IMG/VR virus record: IMGVR_UViG_3300044998_001139
Span: 1 to 55,605 of that record
Length of the DNA: 55,605 nt
Origin: a virus
Taxonomy: Duplodnaviria > Caudoviricetes
Reading direction: 5' to 3' (one strand)
Shown in pieces: positions 27,099-36,411 of the stretch. How positions within the stretch are numbered: the stretch's first letter is position 1; every line of letters starts with the position of its first letter. Position numbers and translations under genes: made by a program. The notes beneath the pieces are model-generated. The model did no database searches. It worked only from the letters and a program-made list of their open reading frames with translations, and had not been told where the DNA came from.

Positions 27099-28307
27099 AT
27101 GATCCCGTTGCCGCATCTGGCGGCGCGTCTGTTTGGCGCGCCGCTGCTGATCCATCGCCCGAAACTTGAGGTCATCCTGGCCGTGCTGGGGCCGCGCATC
27201 GGTTTGGCGGATAGAGGAGCGCCGCTACCGCCACCCGCTCTGCGCAGCCAGCCTGCCGCCAAGGCGGGCATCGCCGTCTTGCCGATCCACGGCACGTTGG
27301 TGCGGCGCACTGGCGGGCTGGAAGCCGCTTCGGGGCTGACCAGCTACCAGGACATCGCCGCGCAGCTGGATGCGGCGATCGCCGACCCGGAAGTTGCGGC
27401 CATCGTGCTCGATATCGACTCACCCGGCGGCGAGTCCGGTGGTGTGTTCGACCTGGCCGACCGCGTGCGTGCGGCTGCGCAGATCAAGCCAGTCTGGGCG
27501 CTGGCCAACGATATGGCCTACTCGGCGGCCTACGCCATCGGCTCGGCCGCCAGCCGCCTCATGGTCACCCGCACCGCAGGCGTTGGCTCGATTGGCGTCA
27601 TCGCCATGCACGCGGATCAGTCAGTGCGCGATGCCCAGGACGGCATCCGGTACACGACCGTGTTCGCCGGCGCGCGCAAGAACGATCTCAACCCGCACGA
27701 GCCGATCTCGGACGAAGCCCACGCCTTGCTCAAGCGCGAGGTGGATCGGATCTACGGCCTGTTCGTCGACACCGTGGCCCGCCATCGCGGCCTGAGCACG
27801 GACGCGGTGCGTGCCACCGAAGCCGGCGTGTTCTTCGGACAGGACGCCGTTGCGGCAGGGCTGGCCGATGCCGTCGGCAGCTTCGACGACCTGCTGACCG
27901 ATTTGACCGCGGCACTTTCACCGCCGGCGACGCGTGCCATCGCGCCGCCGGGACGCCTTCACCCACCACGACTGGAGCCTCTCATGAATGAACCCGGAAC
28001 CCTTGCTGATCCTGGGCTTGGCGCTGATCCTGAGCGCGCTGCTGGCGCGCATGCGCCGATGACCATCGAGGACGCACAGGAGATCGCCGAGCTGTGCGCG
28101 CTGGCGGGCTGCCCCGAGCGCATTGCCGCTTACCTCGCCGCACGCACGCCACCCGCCCTGGTGCGCAGCCAGCTGCTGGCTGTCCGCGCCAGCGGGCAGG
28201 AGATCAACAGCCACATCGCGCCGGATGCGGCCAAGCCGAATCCTCCATCCCTCCACGACAACCCCCTGGTGCAGGCGGCCCGCGCCCGCGCCGGCAAGGA
28301 GAAGTGA
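27099..28307 (+). CDS. S49 prohead protease (gpC-like) with C-terminal scaffold region
   Basis: LDIDSPGGE, AYSAAYAIGS, VGSIGV. Confidence 0.9.
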   Translation: MIPLPHLAARLFGAPLLIHRPKLEVILAVLGPRIGLADRGAPLPPPALRSQPAAKAGIAVLPIHGTLVRRTGGLEAASGLTSYQDIAAQLDAAIADPEVAAIVLDIDSPGGESGGVFDLADRVRAAAQIKPVWALANDMAYSAAYAIGSAASRLMVTRTAGVGSIGVIAMHADQSVRDAQDGIRYTTVFAGARKNDLNPHEPISDEAHALLKREVDRIYGLFVDTVARHRGLSTDAVRATEAGVFFGQDAVAAGLADAVGSFDDLLTDLTAALSPPATRAIAPPGRLHPPRLEPLMNEPGTLADPGLGADPERAAGAHAPMTIEDAQEIAELCALAGCPERIAAYLAARTPPALVRSQLLAVRASGQEINSHIAPDAAKPNPPSLHDNPLVQAARARAGKEK

Positions 28308-28308
28308 C

Positions 28309-28686
28309 ATGCCCGCCATCACCGAAGGACTGAATCTCGGCGATCTTCTGAAGTACGAAGCGCCCAATCTCTATTCCCGCGACCAGGTCACGGTCGGCGC
28401 GGGCCAGAACCTGCCCCTGGGTGCGGTCGTGGGCTTGGTCACCGCCACCGGTAAGGCCAAGAGACTCGACCCATCGGCCACCGATGGCAGCCAGGTGGCC
28501 GCCGGCGTGCTGATGCAAGACGTAGACGCCACGCTCATCGACCGCGAGGACGGCCTGATGCTGGCCCGCCACGCCATCGTCGCCGATCACGCCCTGGTGT
28601 GGCCCGCCGCCATCACCGCCTCGGAAAAGCAGGCTGCCATCGCGCAGCTCAAGAGCCTGGGCATCCTCGTGCGCAAAGGAGTCTGA
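28309..28686 (+). CDS. Head decoration protein (gpD-like)
   Basis: Between protease and capsid; YSRDQVTV, DGSQVAAGVL, LKSLGI. Confidence 0.8.
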   Translation: MPAITEGLNLGDLLKYEAPNLYSRDQVTVGAGQNLPLGAVVGLVTATGKAKRLDPSATDGSQVAAGVLMQDVDATLIDREDGLMLARHAIVADHALVWPAAITASEKQAAIAQLKSLGILVRKGV

Positions 28687-28688
28687 CG

Positions 28689-29690
28689 ATGAACAACCCC
28701 TTCGAGAACCCCGCCTTCTCGATGTCGGCGCTGACCGCCGCCATCAACATCCTGCCCAACAACTACGGCCGCCTGGAAGAGATGGGTCTGTTCCCAGCCA
28801 AGCCGGTGCGCTTCCGCTCGGTCGCCGTGGAGGAGAAGAACGGCGTGCTCACCCTGCTGCCGACGATGCCGGTGGGCTCGCCCGGCACGGTGGCCAAGCG
28901 CGGCAAGCGCAAGCTGCGCTCGTTCGGCATTCCGCACATCCCGCACGACGACGTGGTGCTGCCCGAGGAAGTGCAGGGCATCCGCGCCTTCGGTTCGGAG
29001 ACCGAGGTGCAGACCGTGGCGGCGGTGATGGCCGAGCACCTGCAGGCAATGCGCAACAAGCACGCCATCACCCTGGAGCATCTGCGCATGGGCGCCTTGA
29101 AAGGCAGCATCCTCGATGCCGACGGCACCGAGCTCTACAACCTGTTCGACTTGTTCGAGATCTCGCCCAAGGTCATCAACTTTCAGCTCGGCAACCCGGG
29201 CACCGACGTCAAGAAGAAGTGTCTCGAGCTCAAGCGCTACATGGAAAAGAACCTCATGGGCGAGCGCATGACCGGCATCCACTGCCTGGTGTCCGAGGAG
29301 TTCTTCGATGCGCTGACCAGCCATGAGAAGGTCGTCGCCGCCTACGACCGCTGGCAGGACAGCCTGGCCCTGCGCTCGGACATGCGCGCGGGCTTTACCT
29401 TCGCTGGCATCACCTTCGAGGAATATTCGGGCGAGGCCAGCGACGGCGACACCACGCGCCGCTTCATCGCCGCCGGCGAGGGCCATGCCTTCCCGCTGGG
29501 CACGGTGGACACCTTCGCCACCTACTTCGCGCCGGCCGACTTCAACGAGACGGCCAACACGCTGGGCCAGCCGCTGTACGCCAAGCAGGAGCCGCGCAAG
29601 TTCGACCGCGGCACCGACATCCACACCCAGTCCAACCCACTGCCGATGTGCCATCGCCCGGCCGTGTTGGTGAAGGTGCTGGCGTCCTGA
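28689..29690 (+). CDS. Major capsid protein (lambda E family)
   Basis: LTAAINILP, PHIPHDD, TLEHLRMGALKG, TQSNPLP. Confidence 0.9.
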   Translation: MNNPFENPAFSMSALTAAINILPNNYGRLEEMGLFPAKPVRFRSVAVEEKNGVLTLLPTMPVGSPGTVAKRGKRKLRSFGIPHIPHDDVVLPEEVQGIRAFGSETEVQTVAAVMAEHLQAMRNKHAITLEHLRMGALKGSILDADGTELYNLFDLFEISPKVINFQLGNPGTDVKKKCLELKRYMEKNLMGERMTGIHCLVSEEFFDALTSHEKVVAAYDRWQDSLALRSDMRAGFTFAGITFEEYSGEASDGDTTRRFIAAGEGHAFPLGTVDTFATYFAPADFNETANTLGQPLYAKQEPRKFDRGTDIHTQSNPLPMCHRPAVLVKVLAS

Positions 29691-29968
29691 TGGACGTTGA
29701 AACGCTGTACGAAGCGGCCCGCAATGCCGGACTGCTGACTGCCGTCACGGTCGCGGGCACCACGGTGCATTGCGCCTTCCGCGCCCCGGACGAGACGGTG
29801 CTCGACGGGCTGGCACTGTCGCGGGACTACCAGATCGACTACCCGGCGTCTTGGATGACGCTGGCCGTCGGGGACACGGTCGAGGTGGCGGGCAGCAGCT
29901 ATCAGGTGCGCGACGTGCGCGCCATCGGCGACGGCGCCGAGCATCGCGCCTTTCTCTCCCAGCTCTGA
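29690..29968 (+). CDS. Head-tail joining protein
   Basis: Position after capsid; GDTVEVAGSSYQVR. Confidence 0.6.
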   Translation: MDVETLYEAARNAGLLTAVTVAGTTVHCAFRAPDETVLDGLALSRDYQIDYPASWMTLAVGDTVEVAGSSYQVRDVRAIGDGAEHRAFLSQL

Positions 29969-29978
29969 GGAATGCCCC

Positions 29979-30404
29979 ATGAACTCCATCCGCGAGCGCC
30001 TCTTGCGGGAGGTCGTCGCACGCTTGTCATCGGCGATTGCACCGATCCCGGTGCTGCGCATGCCGGCCGTGCCGGTTACCCGCGAGGCCAGTCCGGCGCT
30101 GCTGCTGTTCGTCGAGAGCGACAGCATCACGGCCCACGCCAACCATCTCGTCGACCGGCAGCTGTCTGTCCGGCTTGCCGTGGTGGCGCGCGGCGCGGAT
30201 GCCTTCGACGTGGCCGACCGGCTGCTCACCGCGGCGCACGCGGCCATGCTCGCCGACCCGAATCTGGGCGGTTTGGCCATCGCCGTGCGCGAGATCGACT
30301 GCGAATGGGAGTTCGACGAAGCCGACGCCGGGGCCGTCGCGCTGCCCGCCCGTTACGAAATCCGCTACCGCACCCACGCCCTCGACCTCACCCAAACAGG
30401 ATGA
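29979..30404 (+). CDS. Tail terminator/completion protein
   Basis: SIRERLL..ADPNLGGLA..YEIRYRT; position before the tail tube. Confidence 0.6.
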   Translation: MNSIRERLLREVVARLSSAIAPIPVLRMPAVPVTREASPALLLFVESDSITAHANHLVDRQLSVRLAVVARGADAFDVADRLLTAAHAAMLADPNLGGLAIAVREIDCEWEFDEADAGAVALPARYEIRYRTHALDLTQTG

Positions 30405-30411
30405 ACCCCTT

Positions 30412-30636
30412 ATGCCAAATCTCTCCATCGAGCTACTGAAACCCCATACCCACGCAGGCAAGCGCCTCGCTGTGGGTGAGCGCCTCGACATCCACGAGGC
30501 CAGCGCCCGCTGGCTGATCGCCCAGGGCGTGGCCCGGCTCGTCACGCCGGAGTCCTCGACCCCATCCCTCAAACCCTCGCGCCGTGACGGTTCCGCCGTC
30601 GGGGCCCCGTCCACGCACACCCCCACGGGAGACTGA
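30412..30636 (+). CDS. Small phage structural-region protein
   Basis: IELLKPHTHAG..ARWLIAQGVA. Confidence 0.6.
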   Translation: MPNLSIELLKPHTHAGKRLAVGERLDIHEASARWLIAQGVARLVTPESSTPSLKPSRRDGSAVGAPSTHTPTGD

Positions 30637-30638
30637 CC

Positions 30639-31391
30639 ATGGCCTACTTCTCCGGACAGGGACGCGTCTACATCGGCGCGCGCGACTCGGCCGGCAATCC
30701 GGCGGGGCTGACCTTCGTCGGCAACGTGCCGGAACTGAAGGTGTCGCTGTCGGTGGACACCATCGAGCACCAGGAGGCGCAGTCCGGCCAGCGCCTGACC
30801 GACCTGCAACTGATCAAGACCAAGAAGGGCGAGTTCGCCTGCACGCTGGAAGAACTCATCCCGACCAACCTGGCGCTGGCGCTCTACGGGCACAGCACCC
30901 AGGTCACGCCGGGCACGGTCACCGGCGAAGCCTTGCCCAACCCGGTCACGCCGGGGCATCTCTATCCGCTCGCGATGCAAAACGTCTCGGCGGTGCAGGT
31001 CCAGGACTCGGACAGCCCGCCCAAGACGCTGCCGGCCAGCCAGTACACCGTCAACGCCAAGCACGGCTCGCTGGTGATCCTGGATGCCACCACCGGCGGC
31101 CCGTACACCGAGCCCTTCACGGTGGACTACGCGTTCGGGGCGGCCAGCCACACGGCCATGTTCACGCAAGCTTTGCCCGAGCGCTGGATCCGCTTCGAGG
31201 GCCTCAACACCGCCGACGGCAACCGCGAGGTGGTGATCGACCTCTATCGCGTGGCCATCAATCCGGCCAAGGATCTGTCCATCATCACCGACGAGCTGCT
31301 CAAGTTCGAACTCTCCGGCCAGGTGCTGGCGGACCTCACCAAGCCGGTCGGCGGCGATCTCGGCCAGTTCGGCCGCCTGGTGCTCCTGTAA
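30639..31391 (+). CDS. Major tail tube protein
   Basis: YFSGQGRVYIG, FVGNVPEL, FEGLNTAD; precedes the chaperone and tape measure genes. Confidence 0.75.
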   Translation: MAYFSGQGRVYIGARDSAGNPAGLTFVGNVPELKVSLSVDTIEHQEAQSGQRLTDLQLIKTKKGEFACTLEELIPTNLALALYGHSTQVTPGTVTGEALPNPVTPGHLYPLAMQNVSAVQVQDSDSPPKTLPASQYTVNAKHGSLVILDATTGGPYTEPFTVDYAFGAASHTAMFTQALPERWIRFEGLNTADGNREVVIDLYRVAINPAKDLSIITDELLKFELSGQVLADLTKPVGGDLGQFGRLVLL

Positions 31392-31401
31392 GAGGAAGGC
31401 G

Positions 31402-31809
31402 ATGACCCACACGAGCCCCGACTTCCAAACCTTCCCGCCCGTGCCCAGGGTGGTGACAGTGGCCGGCACCGCGCTGGAACTGACGCCGATCCGGCTGGGC
31501 GAGTTGCCGCGCCTCCTCGCGGCGGTGCGGCCCCTCGCCGCCGATCTCTCGGCCGAGCCGGACTGGTTCGACCTCTTGGCCCGACATGGCGAGGCCGTGC
31601 TGGAGCTGCTGGCCATCACCACCCGGCGCGAGCGGGCGTGGGTGAACGATCTGTCGCTGGAGGATGCCGTGACGCTCGCGGCAGCCGTGTTCGAGGTGAA
31701 CGCGGATTTTTTCGTGGGGCGGGTGGTGCCGGCGATCCAGGGCGCGGCGCAGCATCTGGCGCCGATCCTGGAGCAGATGCAGGCTGGGACCAGGCGGTTG
31801 CCCGCCTGA
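31402..31809 (+). CDS. Tail assembly chaperone (gpG-like)
   Basis: Position; contains slippery T-TTT-TTC at 31707-31713. Confidence 0.75.
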   Translation: MTHTSPDFQTFPPVPRVVTVAGTALELTPIRLGELPRLLAAVRPLAADLSAEPDWFDLLARHGEAVLELLAITTRRERAWVNDLSLEDAVTLAAAVFEVNADFFVGRVVPAIQGAAQHLAPILEQMQAGTRRLPA

Positions 31810-32003
31810 TCCGCGCCGGGCACCGGCTCGATGAGGTGATGCGCTACACGCTGCCGCAGGCGCGGGCCTTGCTGGAGGCCGATGCACGGATCGAGCGGCA
31901 GCACCTCGCCCTGCGGCTGGCCTTGCACGCGGTGGCGGCCCAGGGCGACCGGGCGGCCATCGAGCGGCTGCAACGCGAGTTGTGGGAGGACGTGAGGCCA
32001 TGA
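31707..32003 (+). CDS. gpT-like -1 frameshift extension of the tail chaperone
   Basis: -1 frame is open from the slippery site: GWDQAVARLIRAGH..RYTLPQARALL. Confidence 0.7.
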   Translation, partial: FFRGAGGAGDPGRGAASGADPGADAGWDQAVARLIRAGHRLDEVMRYTLPQARALLEADARIERQHLALRLALHAVAAQGDRAAIERLQRELWEDVRP

Positions 32004-32641
32004 AACTGACTCTCACCACCTCCGGACTGCTCGATCCGAGGCGGCTCTCGGCCTGGAGCGCCGAACGCCGGCGGGCGATCCACGCGGCGGTGGCCAAAGG
32101 GATGGCCGCAGGCGGCCGCGAGGTGCGCGAGGCCGCCCGCGCCCAGATGCGCAGCGCCTTCCAGGTCCGGCGTGCGAACTTCGTCGCCTCGCTGCAGGCC
32201 AAGGTGTTCAACCGCAAGCCCGATCGCCTGCCCGCGCTGTGGGTGGGCAGCCGCATCCCCTGGCTGGGTATCCACGAACGCGGCGGCACGGTGGCGGGCC
32301 GGATGCTGATCCCGCTGCTGCCCACCCGCATCGGCCCCAAGCGTTTCAAGGCCGTGATCGACAGCCTGATGCGTTCGGGCAACGCCTTCTTCGTCGAGAA
32401 GAACGGTCGCGTGCTGCTGATGGCCGAAAACATCCGCGAGAACGCCAACGTGCTCGGGCGGTTCAAGCGTGCCGAGCGCGAGCGCAGCGGCGTCAAGCGC
32501 CTGCAGCGCGGCCAGGAGATCCCCATCGCCGTGCTGGTGCGGCGGGTGGAGTTGAAGCGCCGGTTCGACCTTGGCGCTGCCGTGCAACCCGCCTTGTCGG
32601 GCTTGGCGCGGGCGATTCAACGGGAACTGGACCAGGCCTGA
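32000..32641 (+). CDS. DUF6441-like basic minor tail protein
   Basis: Arg-rich, coupled to both neighbours. Confidence 0.6.
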   Translation: MKLTLTTSGLLDPRRLSAWSAERRRAIHAAVAKGMAAGGREVREAARAQMRSAFQVRRANFVASLQAKVFNRKPDRLPALWVGSRIPWLGIHERGGTVAGRMLIPLLPTRIGPKRFKAVIDSLMRSGNAFFVEKNGRVLLMAENIRENANVLGRFKRAERERSGVKRLQRGQEIPIAVLVRRVELKRRFDLGAAVQPALSGLARAIQRELDQA

Positions 32642-35340
32642 TGGCAAACAACCGCGCCCAAATCCTCATCCGCGCCGTCGACGAGACGCGCGGCGCCTTC
32701 GACTCGGTCAAGCGGAGCCTGGGCGGCCTGGCCGATGCCGCCCGCAGCGTCAACGGCGTGCTCGCCGGGCTCGGGGTGGCCCTGTCGGCCGCGGGTCTCG
32801 GGGCCATGGTCAAGTCGGCGCTGGAGTCGGCCGACGCCCTCAACAAGCTCTCGCAGCGCGTGGGCATCACGGTGGAGTCGCTCTCCACCCTGGTGCCGGC
32901 GGCGGAACTGTCCGGTGTCTCGGCGCAGACCTTCGAGACCGGGCTCAAGAAGCTCGCCACCGCGATGCTCGAGGCGGCCACGGGCTCGGAGGAGTCCGCC
33001 CGGCGCTTTGCGGCACTCGGCGTGGCGTTCCAGGACCAGGACGGCCGGCTTCGCGCGACCGACGCGGTGCTGCTCGATCTGGCCGAGCGTTTCCAGGCCA
33101 TGCCCGACGGGGCGCAGAAGTCGGCGCTGGCGGTGCAGTTGTTCGGCAAGAGCGGCGCCGAACTCATCCCCTTCCTGAACCAGGGGCGCGAAGGCATCGC
33201 GGCATTGACCGGCGAGATGCAAGCGCTGGGCGTGCAGATCGGCGGGCAAACGGCTGCGCAGGCCGAGGCGTTCAACGACGCCTTGGCCAAGGTCAAGCTC
33301 GCCACCACCAGCATCGCCAACCGGGTGATCGAGGCCTTCCTGCCGGCGATGAACGAGATGGCGGGCGGCATGGTCGAGTCGGCCAAGCAGGGCGGGGCCT
33401 TGCGCGCGATCCTGGATGGCGTGGTGCTGGTGCTCAAGACCCTGGCGCTGGGTGCCGCCACCGTCGGCAAGGCCTTCGTCGCCCTGGGTGAGGCGATCGG
33501 CGCTGGGGTGGCGGCCGCCGTGCAGGCCTTGCGTGGCAACACCGCCGGGGCCAAGGCGATCATCGCCGAACTCAAGGGCAGCCTCGTGCGGCGGCTGGAC
33601 GAACTGGCCGAGTTCCGGGACAGCCTCTTCGACCCCAAGCCCATCGAGGTGCAGGCGCCCAAGGTGCAGGCCGACCCGGCGCTGTTGCAGCGGCTCACGG
33701 CTCCGGGCAAGACCCGCGACACCGCGAGCGCTCAGGCTGCGTTGATGAAGGCTCGGCTCGACGCCGAGTTCGCCTTGCTCGAGGACGGATTGGCCCGCCA
33801 GCAGCGCGCGCTCGACGCGGCGCTGCAAGACCGGCTGGTCTCCCTCCGCGACTACCACGCGCAGAAGACCGCGCTCGAGCAGCGCGAGCTCGACGCCGAG
33901 ATCGCCCGCCGCCGGCAGGCACTCGCCGCTAGCCAAGCCGTCGCGACCAACCCACGCGCTGCCGAATCGGACCGAATGCGCGCCCAGGCGGAGATCGCCA
34001 AGCTCGAGGCCGACCTCATCGTCCTCAACGACCGCCGCGCCGACATCGAACAGGCCAACGCTAGAGCCGCCGCCCAGGCCGAGCGCGAACTGGCCGATGC
34101 GCTGGCCGCCGCGCGCGAGGAACTGGTCAGGCTCACCGGCACCGACACGGCGCAGGACCGCAGGGCCGCGATCGAGCGCAGTTATCGTGACCTGCGCGCG
34201 CGCCTGGCGGCCGAGAGCGATGCCGACGGCGTGTCGATCATCGACCGGCTGATCGACGTCAAGGCCGCGCAGGCCAACCTCGAGGCGATCGAAGCGCAGT
34301 GGCGGCAGGTCACCGAGCGGCTGCGCAACGCGCAGGAGGGCCTCCAGATCCAGCAGCAGGCCGGGCTGCTCACCGAAGCCCAGGCGCGGCAGCAGATCGT
34401 GGCCTTGCAGCGCGACTCGGCGGCCGAGATGCAGCGCCTGCTGCCCGCGCTGGAGCAGGCCGCGCAGGCCATCGGGCCGGAGGCGGTGCTGCGCGTGCAG
34501 GCCTTCCGCACCGAGCTTGCGCGCACGCGGCAGGTCACCGATGAACTCGCCCCGGTGTGGAACCGCATCGGCGAGGCCTTCGGGCAGGCGGTGCAGGGGA
34601 TCGTCAGCGGCGCGCAATCCCTGCGCGAGGCGCTTTCCAACGTCTTCCGCAGCATCGCGGACGCCTTCCTGCAAGAGATGGTGCTCAAGCCCTTCCAGCA
34701 GTGGGTGGCGATGCAGGCGCGCATGCTCGCCGTTAAGTTGGGCTTGCTCCAGCAGGAACAGGCCGCCGAGACCGCCGCCGCGGCGCAGTCGGTGGCGACC
34801 AAACAGGCCGAGGCGGCGGCCAAGGTCAGCGCCAACGCCGCCGAAGCCGGATCCGGGGCGGCGGCCTCGCAGGCCGCGATCCCCGTCGTGGGCCCGGGGC
34901 TGGCCATCGCCGCGATGGCGGCGATGGTGGCCGCGGTGATGGCGCTGCTGGGCAACATCAAGAAGTTCGCCGCCGGCGGCTACGTCACCGGCCCGGGGAC
35001 CGGCACCTCCGATTCCATCCCCGCGCGGCTGTCCGCCGGCGAGTACGTGGTGCGCGCGGCGGCCGTGCAGCGCGTGGGCGTGGCGTTCCTGGATGCGATC
35101 AATGGCCTGCGCACCCCGCCCGTGTGGGACGGGCAGCGCCTGGCCTTCGCCGCCGGCGGGCTGGTGCCGCAGGTGAGCGCGCCGCCCGCCCCGCCGCCGG
35201 TGCAGCAGGCCGTGCGCATCGTCAACGCCATCGACCCGGGCGTGACCCACGACCATCTGCAAACGCCCGCCGGCGAACGGGTGATCCTCAACATCATCGG
35301 CAGGAACGCCCGCGCGGTCCGTGCCGCACTCCAGGGGTGA
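32641..35340 (+). CDS. Tail tape measure protein (899 aa)
   Basis: Ala-rich helical; LFGKSGAELIP; C-terminal FAAGGYVTGPGTGTSDSIPARLSAGEYVV. Confidence 0.92.
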   Translation: MANNRAQILIRAVDETRGAFDSVKRSLGGLADAARSVNGVLAGLGVALSAAGLGAMVKSALESADALNKLSQRVGITVESLSTLVPAAELSGVSAQTFETGLKKLATAMLEAATGSEESARRFAALGVAFQDQDGRLRATDAVLLDLAERFQAMPDGAQKSALAVQLFGKSGAELIPFLNQGREGIAALTGEMQALGVQIGGQTAAQAEAFNDALAKVKLATTSIANRVIEAFLPAMNEMAGGMVESAKQGGALRAILDGVVLVLKTLALGAATVGKAFVALGEAIGAGVAAAVQALRGNTAGAKAIIAELKGSLVRRLDELAEFRDSLFDPKPIEVQAPKVQADPALLQRLTAPGKTRDTASAQAALMKARLDAEFALLEDGLARQQRALDAALQDRLVSLRDYHAQKTALEQRELDAEIARRRQALAASQAVATNPRAAESDRMRAQAEIAKLEADLIVLNDRRADIEQANARAAAQAERELADALAAAREELVRLTGTDTAQDRRAAIERSYRDLRARLAAESDADGVSIIDRLIDVKAAQANLEAIEAQWRQVTERLRNAQEGLQIQQQAGLLTEAQARQQIVALQRDSAAEMQRLLPALEQAAQAIGPEAVLRVQAFRTELARTRQVTDELAPVWNRIGEAFGQAVQGIVSGAQSLREALSNVFRSIADAFLQEMVLKPFQQWVAMQARMLAVKLGLLQQEQAAETAAAAQSVATKQAEAAAKVSANAAEAGSGAAASQAAIPVVGPGLAIAAMAAMVAAVMALLGNIKKFAAGGYVTGPGTGTSDSIPARLSAGEYVVRAAAVQRVGVAFLDAINGLRTPPVWDGQRLAFAAGGLVPQVSAPPAPPPVQQAVRIVNAIDPGVTHDHLQTPAGERVILNIIGRNARAVRAALQG

Positions 35341-35343
35341 CGC

Positions 35344-36411
35344 ATGGCCTTGCTCTTCATCGACGGCTTCGACCACTACGACCCGCAACAGCTCGATGCC
35401 TTCGGCGATCCGTGGCTGGCACGCGGCAAGGCGGCGTATCTCTCGCCGCAGGCCACGCGCATCCAGGGCCGGCGACCATCGTCCTATGCCTTGCGCCTGC
35501 CGGCAGGTGCCGGCGGCGGCTACGTCAAGAACCTCGATGCCACCAAGACCAGCCTCATCATGGGTGCCGCTGTGCGCGTGGCGCCGTTCGAGAACACCGG
35601 TGAGGAGCCGGTGCTGCTCGGCGTGCGCGACACCACCGCGCAGGTGACGCACCTCGTGCGCATCGGCGAGGACGGCCGGCTCAAGCTCTACCGGCGGACG
35701 GGATCGGGGATGAGCGGCTGGGACCAGTTGATCTCGACCTCGGTCATGACGGCGGCCGTGCGGGGGTGGCACTACGTCGAACTGCAGGTCGTGCAGGGCA
35801 CGAGCAACGGTACGTTGAACGTGCGCCTCAACGGCGTGCTCGCGATCACCCTGTCGGCGCAGAACACCACCCAGGGCGGCGGGCCGCTGCTCACCGCCTT
35901 CGCAGGCAGCGTGCCGGGCCAATCCTGCCCGGTCACCGTCGATGTGGACGACCTCTACCTCGCCGATACCTCGGGCACGCTCAACACCACCTTCCTGGGC
36001 GATGTGCGGGTCGATGCACTCGAGGCACAGGCCGACGGGGCACTGAACCAGTGGACCGTCGAAGGCGCATCCAGCGCTTGGGCTGCGGTGAGCGACGGCG
36101 ATGAGGCCAGCGGCATCCGCGCGGATGCGGCCGGCCTGCGCCAGAGCTTCGACATCGCGCCGCTGCCGGCGATGGCCACGCCCGCCATCCACGGCGTGCA
36201 GGTGACGCTGCTGGCGCGCAAGACCGATGCCGGTCTGGGCAGCGTCAAGGGCCTGGTCAAGAGCGGCACGCAGATCGCCGTCAGTTCCAGCCTTGTCCTG
36301 CAAGAGCAACTGGCCTGGCACACGGCGCTGTTCGAGCGCAACCCGAACGGCAATGTGCAGTGGACGGAAGCCGCCTTCAACGCGGCGGAGTTCGGCGTGG
36401 AGTCGGCATGA
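35344..36411 (+). CDS. Tail protein (beta-rich)
   Basis: LLFIDGFDHY, WHYVEL, DDLYLAD..FLGDVRV; follows the tape measure gene. Confidence 0.65.
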   Translation: MALLFIDGFDHYDPQQLDAFGDPWLARGKAAYLSPQATRIQGRRPSSYALRLPAGAGGGYVKNLDATKTSLIMGAAVRVAPFENTGEEPVLLGVRDTTAQVTHLVRIGEDGRLKLYRRTGSGMSGWDQLISTSVMTAAVRGWHYVELQVVQGTSNGTLNVRLNGVLAITLSAQNTTQGGGPLLTAFAGSVPGQSCPVTVDVDDLYLADTSGTLNTTFLGDVRVDALEAQADGALNQWTVEGASSAWAAVSDGDEASGIRADAAGLRQSFDIAPLPAMATPAIHGVQVTLLARKTDAGLGSVKGLVKSGTQIAVSSSLVLQEQLAWHTALFERNPNGNVQWTEAAFNAAEFGVESA

